A stretch of 34,340 bases of DNA from Methanocella sp. (GTDB taxonomy: Archaea; Thermoproteota; Bathyarchaeia; Bathyarchaeales; Bathycorpusculaceae): positions 1 through 34,340 of the forward strand of contig JBLNCY010000047.1 in NCBI GenBank assembly GCA_050261115.1, written 5' to 3'. How positions within the stretch are numbered: position 1 is the first letter of the stretch; each line of letters opens with the position of its first letter. Made by a program: the position numbers and the translations under genes. Of this stretch, positions 19,053-26,619 are shown piece by piece. Below the pieces are notes generated by a model that saw nothing but the letters and a program-made list of their open reading frames with translations, ran no database searches and was not told the origin of the DNA.

Positions 19053-19351
19053 TAGACATGGATAAAGCTTTAGCGTCAGCAGTGAAAACAGGCAAGGTTT
19101 CCTTTGGATCCAATGTTGCATTGCAGAACGCCAAAACCGGCAAGGCTAAAATGATAGTTTTAGCCTCAAACTGCCCACAACACATAAAAGAACAAATCGA
19201 ATACTATGGAGGAATCTCAAAGGTCCCCGTAATCACATACAAAGGCACCTCTATGGATCTAGCGGAAGTCTGCAGCAAACTGTTCATCATCTCTGCGATG
19301 AGCATCAAAGAAACAGGGGACTCAGAAATTCTCAAAGTAATCGAACAATAA
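19049..19351 (+). CDS. rpl30e: 50S ribosomal protein L30e
   Basis: AVKTGKVSFG...AKMIVLASNCP...YKGTSMDLAEVC; ATGA overlap with rpoA at the canonical position. Confidence 0.96.
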   Translation: MIDMDKALASAVKTGKVSFGSNVALQNAKTGKAKMIVLASNCPQHIKEQIEYYGGISKVPVITYKGTSMDLAEVCSKLFIISAMSIKETGDSEILKVIEQ

Positions 19352-19377
19352 AAATAAAAATTTAGGGAGGAAAAAAA

Positions 19378-19815
19378 CTGACAACCGGCATAAAGATCAC
19401 CTGCGACGAAATGCGATACATTGCTCTCTTCGAGTCAATCAGCGGCGCCAGCGTAAAAGACTGCATAGTCGACGAAATAGAACAACGCGCAATCTTCATC
19501 GTCAACCAAGGCCAAGTCGGCGTGGCAATCGGCAAGGGCGGACGCAACATCCACACCCTTGAACGCATGACAGGCAAAAAACACGAAATCATCGAATACA
19601 GCGAAGACCCAGTAACTTTCATGAAAAACGCCCTCAAACCAGCAACTGTTCGCGAAATCCGAGTAAGCGAACGCACCGACGGCAAAAAGATGGCAGTCAT
19701 CACAGTCAACCCCAAAGACAAGGGCGTCGCAATCGGCAAAAACGGCAAGAATGCAGAACGTTTGCGCTTTTTGGCAAAACGCTACTTCGACATTCAGAAC
19801 GTAAGCATCACCTAA
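19378..19815 (+). CDS. nusA: Archaeal NusA (KH-domain transcription factor); probable CTG start at 19378
   Basis: Two KH GxxG motifs (AIGKGGRNI, AIGKNGKN). A GGAGG SD lies 7 nt before an in-frame CTG that adds MTTGIKITCDE; the first ATG is at 19411. Confidence 0.93.
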   Translation: MTTGIKITCDEMRYIALFESISGASVKDCIVDEIEQRAIFIVNQGQVGVAIGKGGRNIHTLERMTGKKHEIIEYSEDPVTFMKNALKPATVREIRVSERTDGKKMAVITVNPKDKGVAIGKNGKNAERLRFLAKRYFDIQNVSIT

Positions 19816-19938
19816 ATTCAGTCGCAGTGCCGGCTGAACTAGGCGATCTACGTGTCTGAAACGATGGTTAGTAGAAAGTCTGGTCTTTAACCAATACCTT
19901 GTATACCCTACTTAGATAGCGGTTACTGGGCGCATTTA

Positions 19939-20157
19939 CTAAGCTTGCTTCTTTGGGCTCATATGCACAGTTTCTATGTGCATAGTTAGTTCTTCTTTTG
20001 TGGTAAAGGTTTTGCCGCAGGTTTGGCAAGTAAATTTTATGGACCTAGGCGGCGGTGGGTTGGGTGGTTCAGGCGGCGGTATCGGCGGTGGCGCCTTGGT
20101 TTTGCCCGCTGCGGGTTCAAGGGGCTTTTTGGGGTAGGGATAGTCAGGTTCACTCAT
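19939..20157 (-). CDS. Small proline-rich C2H2 zinc-finger protein
   Basis: PPPIPPPEPPNPPPP followed by FTCQTCGKTFTTKEELTMHIETVH; GTGAGG SD upstream. Confidence 0.8.
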   Translation of the reverse strand: MSEPDYPYPKKPLEPAAGKTKAPPPIPPPEPPNPPPPRSIKFTCQTCGKTFTTKEELTMHIETVHMSPKKQA

Positions 20158-20333
20158 AATTGTGCCTCACTTTAAGGGCATAGAAGGGTTTTCTTAAGCA
20201 TTTGTGGGAACAAAAACAAACAACACACAAGAACCCAAAAATCATAACCTATGCTCAGTATAGAGGGGCAAGAATAAGTCTAATCAGCAATAAGTTATGA
20301 TTTTTCAGAACCCGACAGCTAAAAAAATTTTGG

Positions 20334-20582
20334 TTAGGTTGGTCGTGATTCGTAGACGATGACTGCATCGGCTTTGAATTGCATCATCAAGTCGTGGCCT
20401 TCCACTATTTTGCGTAGGCCACCTTGGCTTTCCCGGTTAAGGTTGCCTTTTATGTTTATGTGGTATCCTTGGTAGTGTGGATAGATGGCTTTTTGTGGAA
20501 TCAGGGTGATGGTGCATCCTTCTAGTCCGGGACATCGATCGGCGATTTCGCGGAGGAGGATTGCTGCTTCAGCGAATTTCAT
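20334..20582 (-). CDS. Small hypothetical protein
   Basis: 82-aa ORF with an ATG start, an upstream TTTATA box and a plausible alpha/beta composition. Confidence 0.6.
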   Translation of the reverse strand: MKFAEAAILLREIADRCPGLEGCTITLIPQKAIYPHYQGYHINIKGNLNRESQGGLRKIVEGHDLMMQFKADAVIVYESRPT

Positions 20583-20841
20583 AGAGCCAATTTTACTGCA
20601 GGTTGCCTATAAATACTTTATATTTGAATTGGCGAGATTTGCCAAGAGATTTCTCCTTAGCGCCACCCAAAGCGTTGGGTGAGTGTATATTTGGGGGTTT
20701 GGTGTGTTGCTTTTTGTAAAAGAGCCACGGCTAAACTGATTCAATAGAGCCTTTTACTTTGAATAATCGTCATAAACTCGTCAAATCCTTTTAATAACAG
20801 CACCTATCCATACTTTGAAATCCTAACAGAAGGCAATTGTT

Positions 20842-22761
20842 GTGTTAATTCAGGAATTAATCGTTGAAAACTTTATGAGCTATCAATACGCCCGGGTGCC
20901 ATTCAAAAAGGGCGTCAACGTAATCGGGGGACCCAACGGCGCAGGCAAATCCTCCCTGCTGCTTGCCATCAGCGTCGGATTAGGCCAAACCAGCACTGAA
21001 CGCAGCCGCAAACTAAGCGACCTCATCCGCTGGGGCCAAGACCAAGCCCGAGTCACCCTCATCCTGGACAACGCTAAACAGGGCAACCGCCGCCCCGAAC
21101 CCAAATACAACAAAGACCAAATCTTCCTCACCCGCATCCTACGCCGCGACGGCAAATACTGGTTCGAACTCGAAAACCGCATTGCATCCAAACAGGACGT
21201 AGAACGGCTGCTGGGAAAATTCGGCGTGGACCCAGACAACATGCTCATCATTATGCACCAGAACATGGTCGAGCAGTTCAGCGTGCAAAGCAACACCGAC
21301 AAACTGCGCATGGTGGAGGCCGCAGTCGGCCTTGAACCCTTCCGCGAAAACGTTCTAAACGCCAAAGCCAAATTAACCCGCATCTTGAGCCAGGAGGAGT
21401 CGGTGGGTAAACTGCTAGAGCAGGCAGAACAGACACTAAACTACTGGCGGGAGCAGTATGAGAAGTACCAGGAGAAAAAGCAGCTGCAACTCAAACGCCG
21501 TTTCCTCGACCGCGAGTTGCTCTGGGCTGAAGTGGAGCGCCGGGAAGCTATCGTAAAAAACCTCCAGACGAATTACAACAAGACCCAGCAGAACCTAGCC
21601 CGAATCGAAGACGAACGGCAAACACTAATCGCCGAACTTGACAGCCAAGAACTCCAAAAACGAAGCCACCTCAACGAACTCAAAACCGCCTACAGCCAAC
21701 GCATGAGCTTGGAGCGTGAAGTGGCCCAGAACCAGTCAATACAAACTCTAATCAAGCAGCTCTTAGACGAAGCCGAGCTAATAGAGTCACTTAAGAGCAA
21801 AGATCAATTCAAGTTCCTACGCAGCCAAAACCTCAAAACCCTCCTATCCACCGCTCAAGAGCAAATCCAAAAAGCCACCGCCCAAATCCAGGCCAACCAA
21901 ACCCAAATCGACAAACTCGAAGCATCAGCCGACAAAACACACTCAGAAGCACTTGACAAACGGGTAACTCTTGCGTTGCTGGATTTTAAACGTGAACGCA
22001 TCCAAAAGGAGCAGGATGGCGTCGAGAAAAGCCTCAAAGAAGCCACCGACAACCTCAACGAGGCCTTGGCTAAGGCGCAGGAGTCGGGTGAGCGCATCGC
22101 AGTCATCAAGAGCTCGGGGGAGATTCAGGAGGAAATCGGTTTAACTGAGGGGCACTTGGTGGCTTTGGCGTCGGTTTCGGAGGAGATTGAGCGTCAATAC
22201 GAGTCTTACTCGAAACTGTATTTGGAGCTCAAGGAGAAAGCTCAGCTTGTCGCTGAGAACCGCGAGAAGACGCTTGAGGAAGTCAAGACCCGCATGGCCG
22301 CCTGGCGTAGCGTCATAGAAGACTTAATTGACCGAGTTAACTTGGAGTATCAGCGTATCATGGGTCAGACGCTTGCCACAGGTGAGGTGCGGCTCTCTAA
22401 TGTGCAGGAGATTGAAACCGCTGGCTTAGAAATCTATGTGGGTTTTAAGGGCAGCAAACCCGTTCCGCTGGATGCCTACACGCAGAGCGGCGGCGAACGC
22501 ACAACCGCCACCATGGCCTTCCTTTTGGCATTACAGCAGCATGTCCGCAGCCCCTTCCGTGCCGTAGACGAATACGATGTGCATATGGACCCCAAAAACC
22601 GCGAAATGATCGCCAAAGTACTCTTAGCTATGATTAAAGACGCCGCCTCCCAATACGTCGTCATCACCCCCAGCCAAATCACCTTCGCCGATCCAGACGC
22701 CAATGTTATCACCGTCCAGAATCTTGAAGGCCAATCAATAGTTCGGGAGGTCATCCACTAA
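20842..22761 (+). CDS. Short SMC-family ATPase (ClsN/Smc5/6-like)
   Basis: ENFMSY, Walker A GPNGAGKSS, Q-loop MHQN, central coiled coil, signature QSGGE, Walker B/D-loop AVDEYDVHMD and VITP. Only 639 aa, with no recognisable hinge or CxxC hook. Confidence 0.9.
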   Translation: MLIQELIVENFMSYQYARVPFKKGVNVIGGPNGAGKSSLLLAISVGLGQTSTERSRKLSDLIRWGQDQARVTLILDNAKQGNRRPEPKYNKDQIFLTRILRRDGKYWFELENRIASKQDVERLLGKFGVDPDNMLIIMHQNMVEQFSVQSNTDKLRMVEAAVGLEPFRENVLNAKAKLTRILSQEESVGKLLEQAEQTLNYWREQYEKYQEKKQLQLKRRFLDRELLWAEVERREAIVKNLQTNYNKTQQNLARIEDERQTLIAELDSQELQKRSHLNELKTAYSQRMSLEREVAQNQSIQTLIKQLLDEAELIESLKSKDQFKFLRSQNLKTLLSTAQEQIQKATAQIQANQTQIDKLEASADKTHSEALDKRVTLALLDFKRERIQKEQDGVEKSLKEATDNLNEALAKAQESGERIAVIKSSGEIQEEIGLTEGHLVALASVSEEIERQYESYSKLYLELKEKAQLVAENREKTLEEVKTRMAAWRSVIEDLIDRVNLEYQRIMGQTLATGEVRLSNVQEIETAGLEIYVGFKGSKPVPLDAYTQSGGERTTATMAFLLALQQHVRSPFRAVDEYDVHMDPKNREMIAKVLLAMIKDAASQYVVITPSQITFADPDANVITVQNLEGQSIVREVIH

Positions 22762-23588
22762 TGCCAGCCGACAAACACGACAAACAACTCGGCAAAGAGC
22801 GTCTTGAGCGCATTATCGAGATGTGTCTTGCAATCGAGAACCATCAAGCTGACCCCTTCTCGCTTAATGTGGATGACATTATCGGTATAGTAAAAATGTA
22901 TTTTCCGCAGTGGAATCAGCCTGAGGAGCTAAAACTCGACGCCGAAGCCTTGCATCATTTGGCCTCGGTGATTAAGTTGCAAAGTGAATGGGTTAAGCAG
23001 CGCTCAACCAGCCTCTATACTGACCCTTTCCTTTTGGAGGAGAAGATTCGCCAGACCAGCAAAATGGGCATGGTTGAGGTTTTTGCCTCTGCATGGAACC
23101 CCCTCGTGGACTCCGAGAAACTCACCCTCCCCGCCATAGCTCAGGGTTTGCTGTACTGGAATGCGTTGGCGCCGCTGGGTGACCGCTGGAGTGACATAGA
23201 TGTCTCTGCTGTCGAGACGGGTTCTGTTAGCCGCGAAGAACTGGTCAAGGCACGCGTGTTAAGCGATAAAGAGTTCGGCGAGGAACTGGAATGCTACTGG
23301 CAGGAACTCAAACTTAAAGTCGCCGAGAAGGGCCAGGACGGCAAAATCGGCTACTGGGATTTCATAGGCGCTGGCACTTATGAGGAGACGGTGCAGCGGG
23401 CGTTTTTAACAGCGTTTCTTGTCACTTATGGCTATGCTACTCTGGAAATCGACCGCCTCGAGGAAACCATAGCTATAGTCCCCTATAGTTCGCCCCGCCA
23501 AGAACCCCTCTCCATGCAGTCCGCATCGGTTCCGATTGCAGTTTCAGCTGAAGATTATCAGAAATGGAAGGAAGGAAAACAGCCATGA
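22761..23588 (+). CDS. Divergent ScpA/kleisin-like protein
   Basis: N-terminal DPFSLNVDDII...LDAEALHHLASVIKLQSEW resembles the ScpA DPW-x-I-D-I...A..LL..KS pattern. C-terminal YWDFIG...ETVQRAFLTAFLVTYGYATLE resembles the kleisin winged helix. TAATG overlap with the SMC stop. Confidence 0.7.
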   Translation: MPADKHDKQLGKERLERIIEMCLAIENHQADPFSLNVDDIIGIVKMYFPQWNQPEELKLDAEALHHLASVIKLQSEWVKQRSTSLYTDPFLLEEKIRQTSKMGMVEVFASAWNPLVDSEKLTLPAIAQGLLYWNALAPLGDRWSDIDVSAVETGSVSREELVKARVLSDKEFGEELECYWQELKLKVAEKGQDGKIGYWDFIGAGTYEETVQRAFLTAFLVTYGYATLEIDRLEETIAIVPYSSPRQEPLSMQSASVPIAVSAEDYQKWKEGKQP

Positions 23589-24196
23589 GCCAAAAACGTA
23601 AAGGCCAATATGCAGGCAAAGTCAAGAAAGCCGCACAGCTCCTATTCTACCGACGCCACGTCCAACCCGGCGTCAAGGGCTATGAACTCCGCAAAGCGCT
23701 CGGCAGCGATTACCCCAAAGTGCTAGAGGTGCTGGATGACTATTTGGCGCCGCTGGATATGCAGGTTAAAACGGTTTTCGAAGAGGAAAAAGCGCCCGAA
23801 AAACCAACGCTTGAAGAGTTGGATAAGGCCCGCTTCTTTGTCACCCTTCGAGACGTCACCACAAAAGACAAGCTGATGGGCTGGCGCATAGACGACCTCG
23901 CCGGATTGGCCATAACCATAAGCTACATAGTTGCCAACAAAGGGCAAGCAGCAAGAAAAGTCATTGAAAAACTCTTGTCCGAAAAAATCCCAAACTGGAA
24001 AGTCCAACTAAACCTCGACCGCTATATCCGCTACGGCTACCTAACCCAAGACGACAAAGGACAACTCTACCTTGACTGGCGTACAAGAGCCGAGGTGGAT
24101 CAGAAGAAACTCATCGAAATGCTGCTATCGGCAGAAAAGCAACAAACAGATACTGAGGAAACTCAAAAAAATGAGGCTGAGCCTGATGAGGAGTAA
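23585..24196 (+). CDS. Tandem winged-helix (kite) protein, ScpB/Nse1/Nse3(MAGE)-like
   Basis: ATG at 23585 (ATGA overlap with the upstream stop). WH-A: KKAAQLLFYRR...GYELRKAL. WH-B: GLAITISYIVANKGQA...LDRYIRYGYL...LYLDWRTRAEVD, resembling the MAGE/Nse3 GLL..IL..I...G...YL...WGPRA.AE pattern. Confidence 0.65.
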   Translation: MSQKRKGQYAGKVKKAAQLLFYRRHVQPGVKGYELRKALGSDYPKVLEVLDDYLAPLDMQVKTVFEEEKAPEKPTLEELDKARFFVTLRDVTTKDKLMGWRIDDLAGLAITISYIVANKGQAARKVIEKLLSEKIPNWKVQLNLDRYIRYGYLTQDDKGQLYLDWRTRAEVDQKKLIEMLLSAEKQQTDTEETQKNEAEPDEE

Positions 24197-24407
24197 CCGT
24201 TCACTCTGACTTAATAAATTAAGATACTTTGGCGCAACTGACGAGCAATAGTGTGAAAATTCATAAAACCGATCTTTCCTGCATTTGTTAACACCTTGTA
24301 TCGACTACGGTAATCTTGTACCAAATATAAACTAGCGGTCATCATGTAGGAGCAGCCATAAAACAGAGAAAAAATTGCTTGATTATGAATCAAGCCCAAA
24401 GAAAAAA

Positions 24408-24698
24408 TCAATCTTTAGGTTTAAAGGCAAAGTTCATGTGTACTGTTTGCACAATAAACACTATCATAATTATTATAGTGACAAGTATAAGAATGTATGA
24501 TGCAGGTTGGAATGCTGTTGCTTCATATAGTCGCCACAGTTGTATGGCCTCTTCGAATTTGTAACTGGGCAAATCTGGATTGTTAGCCATATTGGCTTTT
24601 AAAGAGTTGATTTGATATGTTGGTAGCTCGATAACTAAGATTGTAATCGCAACAAAAATGCAGAAGGTAACTAAGGTTATTTTGTTAATTTTTACCAT
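24408..24698 (-). CDS. Small membrane protein (2 TM)
   Basis: 96 aa with N- and C-terminal hydrophobic helices; AT-rich. Confidence 0.55.
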   Translation of the reverse strand: MVKINKITLVTFCIFVAITILVIELPTYQINSLKANMANNPDLPSYKFEEAIQLWRLYEATAFQPASYILILVTIIIMIVFIVQTVHMNFAFKPKD

Positions 24699-24939
24699 TT
24701 AGTGTTCCCCGGCTTTTGTAGTTGGCGCTAACTGGTATAAAAAGATTTTTTAGACTTTGGTTAGCGCCCGTCTAAGCACTATTACAATAAAACTATTCTG
24801 CAAACACTCAACCGGTGAATTCTTGGACTATACATAGTTTCTAGTCAGAACAGTCCTGCGGCCAACAATTAAGCTAACCTGCAGCTACATAGCTCCGACT
24901 CTAAACAACCCGCAACCATTGACCCTTTTGGTTTTGGTG

Positions 24940-24989
24940 TGCGGTTGCTGAGTCTATATAAGGGCGGAGTAGATGCATAGAGCAAAAGC
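24940..24989 (-). repeat. Non-coding ~50-bp dispersed element, copy 2, downstream of the cdc6 operon
   Basis: Minus strand GCTTTTGCTCTATGCATCTACTCCGCCCTTATATAGACTCAGCAACCGCA aligns with 9661-9711. Confidence 0.6.
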
Positions 24990-25015
24990 TCCTCTCTTCT
25001 TGACGGTCGAGGAGG

Positions 25016-25276
25016 TCACTGTTTTTCCCAGGCTTCGATCAGTGCGGCTACGGCTTTGGCTTTTTCTGAGTCGCTGAATCGGTACATGTGGATGCGCCCG
25101 TAAACCCGCTCTTCAAGGATGCCCTCGTTTTGCAGGATTTTTAGGTGCTCAGCTGTGGCGGTATAGTTTATTTTGATTTTTCTTGCGATGTCTGAGACGT
25201 TTAATTGTGCCAGTTGGTAGATTAGTTTTAGGATTTTCATGCGGGGCTTAGACGAGAAGACCTCTTCAAGCTCCAC
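25016..25276 (-). CDS. ArsR-like winged-helix protein, coupled to cdc6
   Basis: VFSSKPRMKILKLI...LNVSDIARKIKINYTATAEHLKILQNEGIL; its start overlaps the cdc6 stop by one base. Confidence 0.85.
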   Translation of the reverse strand: MELEEVFSSKPRMKILKLIYQLAQLNVSDIARKIKINYTATAEHLKILQNEGILEERVYGRIHMYRFSDSEKAKAVAALIEAWEKQ

Positions 25277-26460
25277 TAGCGGCGCCTCCGCTCCTGCTCC
25301 AAGCTGCGGCTAAGTTGACGCTCCAGCTCCTCAGCCGGAATGCTGGGCAACGAAACCCTCGTAACCCGCCCCCGCGTCTCAGCGGAGCCCACCTCTGCTT
25401 TTATCACGCCAAGCTTGGATAGATACTGGGTATAATTCCAGATTTGAGTATGGCTGTTAGGTTGCTCATCGAACTCTTCACAGACAACCGCATATTCCTT
25501 TTCTAGCTGTGAGAGTGCAACGTAGGCCTCCTCGTTCTCCTTAAAGTAGCGGGCGACAGCAAGCAGAAACAGGCGTTCATGCAAACCCAAAGACTCCACC
25601 TCGCTGCGACGAAGCGAAGGCACAATACTAGACATCGCTTGCCGAACGTATTCTGGCGCCAATGCACCCGCGTCGTTGGCATCCGCATATTTGCCTGCAC
25701 GCCAAAGCAACTCAATACCGAACCGTGCGTTCCCAGTTTCGGTATGCGCCAACTCAGCCACCAAATCCACCACATCCTCCGACACGGCGCCCAACTCAAA
25801 CGCTAACTTGACACGCTCAGAGAGTATGTCGATTAGTTGGGTTTTGCCATAACGTTCCAGGTGGATGATGCTGCGTTGTAGGGTGCTGCGTGCGCTGTCG
25901 TCGAGTTGCTCGGTGGGTTTTAGGTCACGCATTATGAAGATGAAAGATAGCCGCTGCGGTTTCCCCTGACGCATCTCCTGCAGTCTCGTTAGCTTATAGA
26001 CGGCGTCCGAGCCTTCTTTTTCGATTAAGCTATCGAATTCGTCAAGCGTCAGTACCATGAAGGCTTCTTCCTCGTCAAGCACCTGCATCAGCATGGCGAG
26101 CATCTCCTCGGCGCCGTAACCACGAGCCGGAAAAGTCGGCTGAAAAGTAGCAATTGCCCGATGCACTACAGGCTGCAATGCCCCGCGATACTCTCGACAG
26201 TTAACGTGTACATAGCGGAATTTGAGGCCCCTCTTGTTAGCTTCAGAGGTTATGTTTGCACCAAAGTGCTGAGCCAACGCAGTCTTGCCCGTGCCCACAT
26301 CGCCAGTTAAGATGACACGCTGAGACATCCTATCAGGGCACCGCAACAGGAAACTAAAGAATTCAAAGAGGAGGCGCTGCTGGGTTTCGCGGTGCGGAAG
26401 CTTTGCTGGGATATAGTTTATGTCAAGTTTTGATTCGTCTTTGAATATGCTTTGGGGCAT
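25276..26460 (-). CDS. cdc6: Orc1/Cdc6 replication initiator
   Basis: YIPAKLPHRE, Walker A GDVGTGKT, VHVNC, Walker B LTLDEFD, sensor-2 GNARFGIELL and a C-terminal winged helix. Confidence 0.96.
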   Translation of the reverse strand: MPQSIFKDESKLDINYIPAKLPHRETQQRLLFEFFSFLLRCPDRMSQRVILTGDVGTGKTALAQHFGANITSEANKRGLKFRYVHVNCREYRGALQPVVHRAIATFQPTFPARGYGAEEMLAMLMQVLDEEEAFMVLTLDEFDSLIEKEGSDAVYKLTRLQEMRQGKPQRLSFIFIMRDLKPTEQLDDSARSTLQRSIIHLERYGKTQLIDILSERVKLAFELGAVSEDVVDLVAELAHTETGNARFGIELLWRAGKYADANDAGALAPEYVRQAMSSIVPSLRRSEVESLGLHERLFLLAVARYFKENEEAYVALSQLEKEYAVVCEEFDEQPNSHTQIWNYTQYLSKLGVIKAEVGSAETRGRVTRVSLPSIPAEELERQLSRSLEQERRRR

Positions 26461-26619
26461 AGTTTTCCCAGCGTAAACTTCTCTTAATGTTTAGGGTTAT
26501 ATGTTTTGAGCAAGGCTATAACCTTTAACGTGGCACAAATAGTTTATGACGCGTCTGTTTCGGTTTAGTAAAAAACTATAAGCTTTATAACTACAAATAC
26601 GGAATGGAGTGCTAAAGAC

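Noticed and set aside
12496-19748. Numerous antisense ORFs within rpoB, rpoA, rpl30e and nusA
   Set aside because: Shadow ORFs caused by the codon bias of highly conserved genes.
20842-24196. Interpretation as Rad50/Mre11 or as a Wadjet (JetABCD/MksBEFG) defence system
   Set aside because: No zinc hook, and no Mre11, HerA or NurA nearby. No Toprim nuclease (JetD), and the gene order and SMC size differ from Wadjet.
24211-24564. ORFs 24211-24411(-) and 24379-24564(+)
   Set aside because: Short and AT-rich with no motifs; the plus-strand ORF is antisense to the 2-TM protein gene.
26461-26619. Canonical ORB-containing origin upstream of cdc6
   Set aside because: Only ~160 bp with TATA-like boxes and a short GGTTATA/TATAACC inverted repeat; no TTCCAxxGGAAA-type ORB seen. 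Divergent promoters explain it.
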